In this document: positions 13,726-27,544 of the stretch, in pieces
Layout: each line of letters begins with the position of its first letter
How positions within the stretch are numbered: position 1 is the first letter of the stretch
Source: Botryllus schlosseri
Taxonomy: Eukaryota
DNA: 64,000 nucleotides
Assembly (NCBI GenBank): GCA_051294905.1
Contig: CM119372.1
Coordinates: forward strand, 6,202,001-6,266,000
Direction: 5' to 3'
Translations under genes and position numbers: made by a program
The notes under the pieces: generated by a model
What the model was told of the DNA's origin: nothing
The model's input: the letters and a program-made list of their open reading frames with translations, nothing else
Database searches by the model: none

Positions 13726-14251
13726 CAGGATTGTACTGATTCGAGTCATGAATTGACTCGAGTCAGGATTTTCTGATGACTCGACTTAACTCGAGTCATT
13801 TGCTCAAAATATGGAAATGACTCGACTCGAGTCAATCAGTGTATTGACTCGACTTGGACTTGAGTCATTGCGCATGACTCGAACCTAGTCATATGACTCA
13901 AGATTCAGACGGCGAAGACCTACATTTCTTTGAAATTTCGGAGAATAGTAAAGTAACCTCACTATTTAGATTACGCCTATTGGTACTGGTACTTAAAATT
14001 TCGACCAGTGAGGGAAATTAGTATATTTATGAATGCGAACCATTCGATATCACCAAACAGAGTTATAAAAAGTGGATTGAACAAGATTTCAACTGGAAGC
14101 TGATCAGTCAACACAATGACTTGGACTCGGATTCGAGTCATAATACCATGACTCAGTGGTCAAAGAAAAATGACTCGACCTGACTCGAGTCAAAACTATA
14201 TTAGTGAGATTGACTTCTGACTCTGAGCCTCGTGACTTGGTTACAACCCCG
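13726..14251. mobile_element. hAT-type MITE with GACTCGAGTC motifs (second family)
   Basis: Perfect TSD CCACAGAT; empty site CCACAGAT at 11721-11728 in the paralogous segment. Confidence 0.88.
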
Positions 14252-17200
14252 CCACAGATACATGTCCAACTGTGTCTTGATTTGAAAACGTTGACTTAAG
14301 TCTTATACTTCGAAATTAGCAAATTATCTGGATGATAATGATTACCTTGTAATATAAGCTGTTTGATAACGATCCTTTACTGTTTCGCATCATACGCTTC
14401 TACCGTTAAATGCGACGTCGATTTGGTTAAAATTCCCCGATATTTTGCTTGTATAGCAGCATCCTAAAATTGAAAAAATAACCATGAGGCATACGGTAAA
14501 CATTCAGTTGATAATTTGGGTTGGATTCGAAACGCCCAAGACATCCAAAATGTGTACTGATGTTGTAGCCTTGACTTGCTTTAATGCTTGTTAATAAGCA
14601 AGTTAAAATACAATTTTGCAACTCTCCTACGCATAGTATATTACTCACCAATAACATATTTGATTTCACATTCACAGAGTAAGAGTCTGCTACTAATAGC
14701 AATCAGTCCTTGAATCTAACAAAAAGCAGATTTGTGCATGTCATGTCATTTGTGTATGTCATATCATGAGTCAAGAAGTGCATATATTATGATTTGTTTA
14801 TATTGATCAAAAGGACAGTTTGATCAACTTTGGCAAGGCTATGTTTGCCTCTTCATATTGGTCAAAACATTGAAGACCCAGCTAATCCGTGCATTGTTGC
14901 ACACCCAGTTGACCGCAGTAGTGCGCATTGCTACTCAAGCAATAGATGTAAATTTCTACTCAATGACAAGCATATAGAAGTGACTATGTCAAATCCATGT
15001 CAAGCTGCTTTAAATTAAAATAAATATATGAACAGAACTCAGAGAAGTAGTTTCAAAAGAAGTAGTCTAGTTGATGGGTCACATACTCTTAGCAGATAGT
15101 CTGAGGGGGGCACTGCAAAATATGTTCAATACTACTGGCAAGCCTGCTCCTAGTCAAGTCTCTCATATTCATAGTGATAGCAATATAGCATTGTCATATT
15201 TTCACCCATGTCATAATATCATTAACATTTACTGGCCCCAATTTACGGGGATCGAAAGCTTTCATCATCAAATGTCCATTGCTCACCTCAGATACCATTG
15301 CTTCATATTCTTCAGCCCTTTGCTGTTTGTATGTTACACTTGTTTTCTCATGAGCAGAAATCGATAATTTCATTCTTCAAGAGCCCCAAATTTGCGATCT
15401 ATGCCCATGCAAGTCTGAAGTAGAATAGATAATATGTTTACCTTCCTGCCATAACATAACATATAATGTGTATATAGCTTAGTGATAATAACAGGGTGAT
15501 AGGCTGATAACATAACCCTGCATAGTCAGTGGTAGGCTACCTTTACACTTAAACAGGTCGTGATGTGCTTTGGTAATCATAATACTTACCTATATAACGA
15601 CAATCGATTTTTTTTCAATGCACTTACAAACGATGTTGATCGAGCCCAAATTACCGTAGTTTATAATCATAGCTGATGCTGCACCTGTCAACAGTATCTC
15701 CATTAGAGCCATTGAGCTACTGTGTCTTGGATATTGGTATCGGTACTGGTGATACAACAATGTATGTGAATTCAATGTATCGTCACTACCGGTACGTTTA
15801 AAATTCCAGCTTGCTACATATAATTCTGTTCAGTACAGCTGCAACACTGAGTAACAGGAATCGGATCTGTACCGGAAACGCAACGGAACAAATGTTCTCT
15901 ACTACTATAGTACCGATACGAAATGTAACTCACCATTCAGATATTTTCAATCTCGAATGAGACTTTCTTCACAGATTCACGACAACTAATACGGTCAGTC
16001 GATAGCCAGTCTGGTCTCGTAAGCGCGGAAATACGGCATATAACGAAACATTTTACATAGCTGTAGCGAAACATAGCAGCAGCTGTTCTGGTGACAACGG
16101 TTTGTTTGTTCCATTATGATGTCACAATTGACTAACTGATGCAATAACTATATTGCAGTTAAGGATCTTCGGAATATTTGTATGTATACTATAATTGATT
16201 TATCAGAAAGGTGGATTTGATAGCTGTGAAGCTGCAGATTACATCATAATAAGCTTAAAAAAGTCTTGCAGTACTAGATTCATCTTCATAGATCGAACCA
16301 TTGATACGATGCGAAAGCTGTATGCGAATTGTCGTTGTCGGTTAGGCCCCAGAATAAAGGTAAACTACCCCCGGGTTTAAAACCATCATCTTTGATTATA
16401 AAGCATCCCAACGGCCTGCCCTAAACCGACTATATGAATATACCGTTATCTTGTAATTGCGATTACAATTAGACTTCTTTTTGTAGATGAAGGTTATTTA
16501 TTATTTATTTTTGATCGCAGTTTTTACGAGGGTGGTAGTCCCCATATTAATACCAGTATATATGACACTAAATCGCGCGCAGCGCGAAGAAAAATTTCAT
16601 GTAGCATAATTCTGCCCAAAAATAATCTTGTTTATATTGATTTACGAAAAAATTATGAAGCCTTCGAAATTCCGGACATTTAGGCATATTTTAGAAATTC
16701 CTCCCGGACGCATTTTTTGCAGTGAAATTCCGGACATGTCGGGAAATTCCGGACGTATGGTAACCCTAGCTTAGTGTGCAATTCAAAAAGCTACCAAATA
16801 GTGAATAACATAACAATATAGATATGAAAATAACCAGGAAACTTTTCCCCAATTTAGTCCCTCCTTCGCCCACTTCAATGATTGTTCCGTGACGTAACCT
16901 TGTGTCCCATTTTAATTTGAATTCTTGCTACGCCCATATTGCGTACTGCTCACGTAAGTTTGTGGCTAAAATTTGACTCCTTCTTGTATTCCCAGCTTTA
17001 AATACCCGTAACCTGCATTATACTGTGGTTATACACTAATGCCGTGCGGCATAGGCCCGATATATTTTGTACATAGATATAGCCTACGTACATTCGTACA
17101 ACTGTGCATTTGACGTGGCATGAAAGAAATTATAAACCAATATCGTGGTATTTTTGCCACACACTTGAGATACATCGGTCACACTATAGTAGCCAGGGTG

Positions 17201-18199
17201 AAACTTCAGCCAAAGTACGAGTACCGCAGTGCACGATAAATGTGAATTACAATATGATATTGTGGACTTGACTATTATTCATTCATGTCGATGTAGCACA
17301 ACACGAACTGATACAACGAATGCTTATTTGTCACTGAAGCTGAAGCTATATGCGTAAGCGAATTTACTTGATCGAACCGGGTTAAATCCATAAAAACTGA
17401 ACAATGCAACATTGCCTAAGCCTACCCAAGAAGCCTTAAAGACACGGACAACAATAAAGTGGGTGAAAACACGCATTTTCGGTGGATAATTAAAACCCAA
17501 AGAGAATATGTCCTACACGACCTACAGTTAGACACAACAGGCTTAACCAGGCTTCTGACCGACACAGACTTGAAACTTCAACAGTTTTGTGGAAGCTTGA
17601 GGAAGCGGTTAGCGCGGATTGAATCCCAAACTTCATATTTGTCTGACAAAAGGTGTGATCTCTAACAATTCACCCCAAATGCCAATGCTTCGGGTGTATA
17701 TTTTATGGTATGTGTGTATAGGGGTGTATTTGGCTTATTTCCACCAATAGTTTAGGTGTAAATGACAAATTTAGTACCCAATAAGTGTGATGACTCAAAA
17801 CACACCCTACGCTAGGGTGTGAATTGCGAAAACACACCATTTTCGTTTACAGTGCATATGCTATTCCACAGAGAAAAATTATCCTTCAATGAAGAAATAC
17901 CAACGGTGTTTTATATTTTATTTTTATTTTTATTTTGGGAGGGGGGTCTGATGCAGTTCTGTTTCGGCCCTGATTGTACCAAGTCACAGCGTTGCCAGTC
18001 CCAAGTCCTTCTCTGATTTTAACGTGTAACCTGACTCAAATCTAGTTATTTTATTTGAAAACCAGTTAGTTAGGCAGCACGATAAAGATCAAGCGTGATG
18101 CAATGAATGAAGGTAAGGAACGGGAACTAGTATATACCCCAGACAGTAATGTAATGAGAAAGATATACGATTCGGCGGATAGTGTACTCTGGCACACTC

Positions 18200-18821
18200 G
18201 TGAGCGCATATCGTGTGGTGATTGTGCGCTGATTCCAGTGATTAGTTTACTTCGCTCTGTTCATTTCGTTCGTACCTCAGTTTCTTATATCTGAGATGTG
18301 AAGTGCATGCCTTAGTTCCGTGTATAGTTGACTGTGGTCGAATTTAAGTTAATAAAAATAGGAAGCTGTCAAGCGGGGGAGATAGCGTAGTGGTAACGCT
18401 AAGCGCCCACCAATCTGATGGATCCGGTTCGATTCCCGTCGGAGGTTTATCTGAGGTCCTCTTCCCCTGCCGCTGCCGTTCTTACGGCGACAAAAAGGCC
18501 CAGAAAAAGACCCGACGAAAAAAGGCAATCACAAGGAATGGAAATAACTAGTAAAAAGAGCCGCGGCTTCAAAAAGATCAAGATCGTAAAAGAACTGTGA
18601 TATCGAGCACTCTAGGCCGAGGTGGATTTTAAAGTAAAGAATCGCTACTGATGCGTGTCGTTCGACATCCTCCTATCTGTTCATGACATAGCATTTGTGT
18701 CTTATCGCATGGTACATTGTGTGTGTCTTGTTCAGATGAAAAATATAACCCAACGATGTTATTATTATTAAGCAGTTTCGTTTTCCTGCACCCACGCTTT
18801 CCTCGAAAGGTTATTGATACA
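18200..18821 (+). repeat. LTR-like repeat (5' LTR or solo LTR), interrupted by a SINE
   Basis: About 18227-18374 plus 18770-18821 align with about 25058-25249; the left boundary is approximate. Confidence 0.65.
18375..18769 (+). mobile_element. tRNA-derived SINE
   Basis: GGGGGAGATAGCGTAGTGG (A box), GGTTCGATTCC (B box), (ATT)n tail, flanked by AAGC on both sides; splits the LTR. Confidence 0.82.
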
Positions 18822-20535
18822 ATCGACTCCGGAAGGGCTTTCTCTCAGGAGAAGTATATCCGCGTGTCGGTTCTAGAATTATTACCGAGCTCTCTAGACT
18901 CTTTGAAGGTATTCAACCACTGGTGCAAAATGTTGACAAGCTGCATATCGGCTGTATAGTCTTATTTGTAATCTACCAACAATACGGACACTGGACAGTG
19001 GATAACAATCTAAAAGTGACCGCAGAGGCGTTGTTGTCGATAAATTAGCTATTTTTACTGATTACATATCGCCAAGCGTGTATACCAGCGATCAGGAATC
19101 TATAGCTCGCGAGCCATATATGGATCTTTTGGGTATAAGATATTGCTCTTTGAAATTCGCAAATTCGACATATACCCACCATCACACGCCTCGAAATCCT
19201 GGATTTCACGATACCTTGATTGATCAAAGAGAATAGCAGATATGGCGATGCTTGTAGGACAATGCAGTTTTCAAATACACATACGCCATAGCTATCAATT
19301 TTTCGACTGCATAGTAGGTTCTGGCACCGCGATAAAATGTAGGTATGTAACGCAACGTTACGTTAAGTTGAATACTTAGGAAGTCGATCAATATTTAGAT
19401 TTTTGGAATGAGCTCGACAATTATATTTGATCAATATCAGTGATTATAAATTCCAAGCTATTTACGATGAGTTACGCTATCACAGGGGAGGCTTGGCCCG
19501 TCTCTGCCTCATCTTTGCTTTATCTCTTCTCTCGCACTTTATTTTCGAACAATAAATATGAAAATTCCGTGATTTGGGGAATAAAATGGTTCAAAATATG
19601 GTTATTCATAAACATCGATAGAAAATACTAATAATCATTGAACGTTTCACAATGCTAGTTCACTCATCCCTGGCGACATCTGAGGCAATGCCTCACTTGC
19701 CTTCCCTAACCCCACGTCACTGACTTATCACACCCTGTAGTGGGTATTAGGGCGGAGCATGAGCCGAAGTCGGATTAGATGTCCGGCCGGACTTTCTCAT
19801 TTTTGTGCGGAGCCGGAGCCGGACTTTTTCCGATAAGGCTGTAGTCGGATCGGAGCCGGATCAGTACTTTTTACTAAGGATAAGACAGCCTTACCCGCTT
19901 TTACCCTCGAATCAATAGTTAAAGCGAAACGGTCATGGAAATAAACAACATGCTAAGTATAAGTTGGCATGATTACTGCAGATAAGGGTTGGGTTTGATC
20001 TTTGAGTTTTCAATTTCCTATTTGCATTGTTCAATCGATATTCAATACCATCCTGTGAGTAGGTAATTATTATCGGAGTTTAACGGACAGAATCATGGTC
20101 ATTTCTAGAATCCGGCATTGGAGTCGGACCAGAGTCGGACCAAAGCTTCAAAAAATATGATTGGAGTAGGACCAGAGAATTTGTCGATCCTCACCGCACC
20201 GCTGCAGTGACCATGTTTGGCTCAACCTACGCATGTGGGCAGAAAAAATATGGCACACTCTACGAATCCCATATAAGAATAGTGCTACCAATACGTCACG
20301 GATTTTCAATTGTGACGTAACATGTATGACTTTTTGGCATTTACAATTGAAAATAATGGACCAATAGGGCTCTTCGGTCGGAGAAGTTTCCCGACCCCTG
20401 GTGTATTATACGCTTTGATCGAAAATCATGGCACGTTCGAATCCGCCGTTGAACATCTAACCAAGTTATATCGAAAGAAAATGAATATCATGTATGCTAG
20501 ACATTTACTAGCAGCTGGTAAGCAAGACTCTAGTG

Positions 20536-21065
20536 CAGTGGTTCCCAACCTGTGGTACGCGAAGGTCTTCCAGGTGGTACGCGAGTAGATTCTGTTTTTT
20601 TTTTCGATCGAAGGAAGTTATTACTTCAGTTGGGGTTGATTTTGAGTTTTTTGAAGCCGTCGTGGTCGTCGTGGTGGTAAGGTACGTCGTAGAAACGAAA
20701 CAGACTTGTTGCGCCCATGCATGACTTTCGATGCGCTGTGAGCATAGTGTCCTATACTATGAGCAAACGTATGCCAAGCACCGACCAGCTAGTGGGAAAT
20801 AAACAAATGCAGTCATCGCCAAATTGACTTTTGCTGTTTGTTTTTATTTCATTATGTTGTTCTACTTGTGACTGGTGGCGAAAAAACAATTCCATGCATC
20901 CGATCAACCCAGGCTTATAATGCCTAGTTTGATAGAATTTGTTATTCCACCTCGCACAGGTCAAGTACGTGATCATGACGTCATAAATGGTGGATGTAGG
21001 TGATACGCGAGCACTGCCTAAAACCTCGAAATGGTACGTGGGTGGGAAAAGGTTGGGAACCACTG
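20536..21065. mobile_element. hAT MITE inserted in gag
   Basis: TIR CAGTGGTTCCCAACCT, perfect TSD CTCTAGTG; removing it rejoins GKQDS/SETGDEF. Confidence 0.92.
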
Positions 21066-22150
21066 CTCTAGTGAGACTGGCGATGAGTTCTCACAAAAGT
21101 TGATAACTGTATTTCGCGATTGCAATTTCGAAGCTGTTGGTGCAGACATGCATAAGATGGAGGCAGTCCGAAATGATCTAATTACTGACTTGAGCTCATC
21201 TGGTATTAGATTGAGTCTTCTCGAACATGATGAGCTAACTCTCGAAAAAGTCATGCAGATAGCCGACTCTCTTGAACGGGCCCAATAATTTTCCTCGTCC
21301 TATGAAATATCGCCTCCTGTCGCCAACATGGTTTCAGGAAATCAGGGAATGCAGAAGACTTCTCATCAATCTGATCAATCACCTGTATTGTCTTGCGGCT
21401 CTGAATTGACTGCATTGCAGGATAAGTCTCCCGGAAAGAAAAAGTGCGTATTTTTTAGAGGTTTTCATATACTATGCTTCGCAATTTCCGTTCAGCCCCA
21501 AACAGTGAATGCTCGACATGTGGCCGACGGGGTTTTGCAAATTCAAGTTGGCGTTGCTAGCCGGTGTACCCTGCTTTTTGAAGAGTTCAGCGTTGGAAAG
21601 GCACCATAGCTTACTTGGAAAATGTCACTATACACGAAAGGAATCGGACGGAGCACGATGAGAGGCTCTCTTCGTTCATCTCAGCCGCTGATTCAACAAG
21701 TCTGACGCTAAATAAAAATAAATGTGCGTTTGGGGTTTCAAAACTCTCTTTGATCGGCCACTTGATACCCCACACTGATATCCGACCCGATCCGGATCGT
21801 TTGCGACCGTTAGCGCAAATGCTGGTTCCGAGCGATCCTCGCAGTCTGAAGCGCTGTTTCAGCATGTTTTCGTACTATTCAAAACGCATTCCCTACTATT
21901 ACGACAAAGAGAGACCCCTCTGTGAAAATGTCCTGTTCCCCATGCTTGATAAGCAGAGAAATGCGTATGAAACGTTAAAACAAAATCTACTCCGCGTCTG
22001 TTTGAGCTGCATCCATGATGACGAACCGTTTCAAGTTGAATTCGATGCTTCCGAAGTTGCGATAACCTCTATTCTAAGCCAAAAGGGCAGGCCCGTTGCG
22101 TTCATGTCTCGAACGCTATCAAAATGCGAAATGAAATACATCGCTGTAGA

Positions 22151-22685
22151 TAGGGTTGCATTTAAAACAGACGCTGTTTAGAAACATGTTTTAAACAGTG
22201 TTTAAACAAATGCCCATTACATTTTTTTCAAACGTTATGCCACAATTGTGTAAATACGTCCGAAAAACCATGTAGTATGAGCCTACGGACGATTTGCACC
22301 CAAAATAGTCAACGTACACTACATGGGATTTCTGGAACCCTCGAGATCGTCGTCGGTTCAACAGATTTTGCACGTAAGTACAGATCATTGGTACGGAATG
22401 GGTGTTCTGGTGATGATGACCGCCGAACGTTAAAATGCTGCATAACGATGTAGTCCTGGTTAAAGATATTTTTGGTCTGAATATGACAGTGATCGGAAGC
22501 ATTTTTGTCGAAGGAGGCATGGTTACCCTACATTTTCAATTGTCAAAGCCAATCCCCTGTGACGTCACAATTGAATATTCGTGACGTCATGGCTAAAAAA
22601 AAAACATTAAAAAACATCTTTTAAACAAGGGCTTTGTTTTGAGGATGTCTGTTTTAAATTGAGTTTTGTTTTAAATGAAACCCTA
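22151..22685. mobile_element. hAT MITE inserted in RNase H
   Basis: TIR TAGGGTTKCATTTAAAAC, perfect TSD GCTGTAGA; removing it restores YIAVEKEALA. Confidence 0.92.
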
Positions 22686-24187
22686 GCTGTAGAAAAGGAA
22701 GCTTTGGCCATGGTCTAGTCTCTACGAAAATGAGATTACCTCTTGAACTGAAATGAATTTCAATTGATAACGGACCAAGAGGCGCTATCTTTCATATTTC
22801 ACAAAGACCATCCGAGTAAGATTAAAAATGCCAAGATCACTCTGTGGAAACTCTAGTTAAGTCCGTTAAATTATCAAATCATTCAACGACCTGGAACCGA
22901 GAATATCAGACCTGATACTCTGTCTCGATGAAGTTGTTCGTTCCCTGGCCAGCAACGCATGAGCTTTCAAGAGATACATGAAGCGCTGAGCCACCCTGCA
23001 ATTCGACAATTTGGTCACTTTGTCCGTTCCAAGAATCTACCCTTTTCTAAGGAGGACGTTAAAAGGACTTTTTCTGAATTGTCAAATATGTGCAAAATTG
23101 AAGCCTCGGTTTCTCAGGTCTAATCAAACGAGCAAGTTGATAAAAGCTACTTACTCGACCATGGGAACGTATATTAGAGTTGATTTCAAAGGTTCCGTTG
23201 AAGGACCCAGAAATTTCGTACTTGTTGTTATTGACAAATGTAGTCGCTTCCCATTTGCTTATCCTTGTCGAACCATGACGTCGTCAACGGTCGTCAATTG
23301 TCTTTCATGCCTGTTCTTTCATGTAGATGTACCGGGATACGTTCACAGTGACAGGGGTGCCTCGCTTCTATCCAAGGAAGTCACTGATTTCCTGACACGT
23401 AAGCGTATTGTCACCAGCCAGTCGACTCCTTATCCCCCCACACGCAATTTGCAATGTAAGAGGCTCAATCTCATTTCGTGGAAATCTATCAAGTTGCTTT
23501 TGGAAAGCCAGACATTGCCGGAGAAACATTGGGAATCGGTTTTAGCGGATGCTCTGCATTCCGTCCGGTCTCTCATATGTACGGCCACTGATTGTTCTCC
23601 TCATGACAAGTTCTTGAAATTTGAGAGAAGATCGTTGCTGGGCGACTCGATTCCCGACGGGCTTTTTCAAGGCGGCACCGTACTTCCACGAAATTTTGAA
23701 ATTTGAGAGAAGATCGTTGCTGGGCGACTCGATTCCCGACGGCCTTTTTCAAGGCGGCACCGTACTTCTACGAAATTTTGTGCGGAACTAAATGGAGTAG
23801 AACTACTGTATGCCAATCCTAAATACGCTTTAGTACGTTACAGAAACGGCGTAGAATCGACGGTTTCAGATATAAAGATCTCGCACCGTACCCCGTTTGT
23901 GAAAAGTCACCTGAGGCTCGTAAAAGGACGAAAAAATAGTTTTATTCGACCGACGATACACCGAAGCGGTCATTCGATGAACTTACCATGTCTCCAAGCA
24001 GCGTAAAAGATGGCGCTGCGTGTAAATTATTTTCTCCGTGTCACGAAGAAGTAGCGAGTTCCAGTACCAGCCGCTTGATGTTGAGCAACCTCTGCAACGC
24101 CGATCCACTCGCATAGGGCACACTCCCGATCGTTTCGGGCACCGGACCTATTAGAAGCTAGTCTCTATTTATCTTTGGGGGGGGGGG

Positions 24188-25249
24188 TATTTCATATTTG
24201 TTATGATTTTCCAAGCCAGGGTTTCTCAAAGGGTGGGTCATGGGTGACCCACTGGTGGGCCGCAGGAGTAATTTGAGGTGGGCTACAGAGCTAATTGGAA
24301 AATTGCAGAATTGGTGAAAGTTTAGTTATATTTGTTATTTTGTTATTATCGAATTATACGTGGGCAACATAAAGCTTTTCATTCAAATCGGATGAGATAT
24401 AGTGGCAAGTATGGAGTCACAATGTACAGGTAGAAAAGGGGGGGGGGAACGATGGCTTTTGTCCCCCGGCTATGACAACCTACGGCCTACAGCAAAGAAA
24501 ACAATTTTTATTATATAATACCTGGAAAATTGACGCTGAAGTATCCAAATATTCCGGCAGTGTCATATACGTCATATGCCATTGAAAAGGGTGTGCATGA
24601 AACTCGGAATGAAGTGAATTTGATGAAGATTTAGGGTGCTTCAACAGCTCGTATTATTGTAGTATAAAAACAGTCACAATTGCAATTTATTATCATTTAT
24701 CAACTTCCTGTGGAAGGAAGTATACGGCACCACTTCAACGAATCGTAATGGATTGAGGATTTAGACCAGCACATTAATCTTTTGGAGTGGGTCATATCCG
24801 AAGGGGCCCAAAAGTATTTTGTTGGTTGTTTGCTGGAGGATATTTATTCGCGGGATTTCATGTCTCTGCAGGCCTTCGTTTAAATATGATTGGTAAGAGA
24901 AAAATGTGCATATTTTTTGAGAAATAGGCCTATTGGTGGCAGCGATAACCACACATTGAACAGGACCACGACTTTAGGATAAGTGGTGGGTCACAGAACT
25001 TTTTCAGACCCGAAAATGGGCCATGACGAAAAGCAGGTTGAGAACCCCTGGTCTAAACGCTGATTACTGTAGTTAATTTACTTCGCTCTGTTCATTTCGT
25101 TCGTACCTCAGTTGCTTATATCTTTGTTGTAAAGTGCATGTCTTAGTTACGTGTAGTTGACTGTACCTAACTTTAGTTGATAAAAACCTAGAAAGCTGTC
25201 AAGCAGTTTCGTCTTCCACTACCTACGATTTCCACGAAAGGTCACTTCA
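24188..25249 (+). repeat. Gypsy 3' LTR interrupted by a hAT MITE (24217-25050)
   Basis: Follows the PPT and ends in CA; MITE TIRs CAGGGTTTCTCAA/TTGAGAACCCCTG with a degenerate TSD. Confidence 0.65.
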
Positions 25250-25689
25250 TATCGCACTTTCAAATCGAAGCTGATTACTTCCATAGCCGTTATTATGTTC
25301 CATATATATATTGAATTGACTTTGATGTTGTATCGCTATGAGGTCTCATTTCCCGGATCTCGTACATGACTTCTAGAGTCGCTGGCATTTGTGTGCAGTG
25401 CCATGGCAACATATTGCAGAAAATAGCATAATAAGACATCAAGATACATGATTACATAGTTCGTATTATCTACCAATTTCAAAACATTTTTCAACAGTCT
25501 CTGTTGGCCATATTACTATCAAATGGGAGGGATCGAATTGATATTGGCTATCCCTTCCGAATTAATGCCCCTATTCACACAAGTAATAATGAAAAATTGC
25601 ACCCTTCTTTTTCTTTTTTACGAACTGATAAAGATAAACGCACCTCCACCCTCTTCACAAGACTCAAGCAGCGTCGAACGACTGATAAA

Positions 25690-25696
25690 TATATAA
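25690..25696 (+). promoter_or_regulatory. Candidate TATA box of gene B
   Basis: TATATAA about 55 nt upstream of the ATG at 25749. Confidence 0.35.
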
Positions 25697-25748
25697 CTGG
25701 GCCCTAAGAACATTACAAAGATCGACGTGTGATATACGAATACGAAAC

Positions 25749-25851
25749 ATGAAGTTGCTGATTTTGATATCGATTACTTCCGGCTATTTCGTGGTGCCTT
25801 CAACTTCGCAAGTAACGTGCACCACATGCGGCTGGGGGATGGTTGGGTTGG
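25749..25851 (+). CDS. Gene B exon 1: signal peptide
   Basis: aaacATG; MKLLILISITSGYFVVPSTSQVTCTTCGWGMVGL then G|gtaagt (103 nt, phase 1); joins 30269 in frame. Confidence 0.78.
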
Positions 25852-27544
25852 GTAAGTTTTATTTCGATTTACATTTTATTTTCTCAATGTGCTTAGCAAT
25901 GAAAAGCTATTGAAATACACGAGAATTTATCGCCAATGCTACAGTTATATGTGCGCTCAATATCTCTTGTAAGATGCCGTGTCTAAATCTGAAATCTGAT
26001 TCCCGCGTGAATCTTTCCAATTATTTCGCTGAACTCCAGACAGACGCAATAATGTTTATTTTAACCATAACTATAATCTCGTAGAAGTCGCGCATATATT
26101 GTGATGGGTCATGGACTAATAATGGCATAGTCATATTGACGACAGTTTTAAAACGTATCGTCATGTCAGTATTTGTTAGTTTTGTGTTGCGAAATGTACT
26201 ATCTTTATTTTAATACATTTTCATTACGAGAACAAGCAAGGATGAAAAATTAAATTTGAAAGAGTAATTGCTAGTATTCAGTGTCGATGAAAAGCTCGTG
26301 TTTGTTAACCATTAATAATGCTAATGTCGGCGACAGGATTTTAAAATTATTGGTCACGCGGTTTTCATCAATCTGCAGTATTGGTGATGAGAGGATTTTG
26401 CTAGCGTTGCAGTTGAATTGTTACGTGAAAAGGAAAACGTTTTGTGGTATACGGCCGTAAACCAAACTTTACGCTGATTGGTCGAGAGACAATGGTCATG
26501 GATACGGCGCAACAACGGAGGACGTTGCATTTACGTAAGCCTAGTTGACAGTTGACACTACAATGTATTCCTGTGGCCATGTAGACTGTATAGAAACGAC
26601 AAGATTACAGTTGAATGTTTATTTCATCATAAATAACAGAATTATTAGGAGAGTAAATAAAATATTTAGTAACATATACTCAAATATAATACCGAAATAC
26701 TGCTGTTCATATATGCAGTGCCACCAATGGCAACGACCTGGGGAAGAACAAATCTTTCCACTCATTACCTTCCAACGCAAAGGACAGGACGGATTGGGAA
26801 TGCAGAGTAAGAAGGCAGGACTATTTGTGGCATAGATTTGGGCCTGAATTTGATGGAAATAATAGTGATTTACGTGTAATTATCCAGCAGCAGTCAAATA
26901 AACACTTCTTTTCTGTGATTTCTACCCCAGTTCAAATTTCATGAACTCATCGACGATGTTGTTAATAGTTACGATATTTACAGGGGCACCTTACTTCAAG
27001 CACACCAACTGCAGATGAGGTCTGTTCAGCTAGAATCACCCTAGCAGGTGAAGTAGGCCTAGCTAGATATCCACATGAAAAAAAAGACTAATCTTTGCTA
27101 CATTCACATGATTGATGCTTAGTAGTCTTGTATAGCCCTTTCTTCGTGCATTAACCCCTACAATATTGAATCCCTGTTTATACTGTACTGTCCTTAAAGT
27201 GATTTGAAACGAGATGGTGGATATGGAGTACCTGCAGACTTGTTCCCCTCTAAGCAGTCCAAAACCCTACCAAAATTGCTACTTGTGAGTCGAAGAGCCC
27301 TATGTATATACCCCATTCTGCACATTCTCTCTGTTCTGATGTCCTGTGGGCAAAGTAGCTAATCTGCATATGACTAACTTTGTTGGCTTCTAACCCTAAG
27401 ATTCATGTGATGGCGTTGAAGATTCAATTTCAAGGCTACACGATGGGGATTTTAGATCAGGATCACCAGATGACAATGTAGGAGTTGCATGTGCAGCATC
27501 CACAACATTGGAGGAAGACAGTTAACACGGCATGGAGTTCAGAG

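Larger units (their letters stand above)
20400..24187 (+). mobile_element. Decayed Ty3/Gypsy internal region (gag, RT, RNase H, integrase, PPT)
   Basis: gag-like YARHLL...LTLEKV; RT LNKNKCAFG...LIGH; RNase H DASEVAI...EKEALA; integrase CQIC, VDFKG, HSDRG; many stops and frameshifts; G-run PPT at 24177-24187. Confidence 0.92.

Noticed and set aside
18375..18445. tRNA gene
   Set aside because: A and B boxes are present, but there is no convincing cloverleaf and the sequence continues into a body with an (ATT)n tail, so it is a SINE head.
21615..23706. Active retrotransposon or domesticated pol gene
   Set aside because: It has multiple stops, frameshifts and MITE insertions, and the N-terminal RT region including YxDD is not intact.
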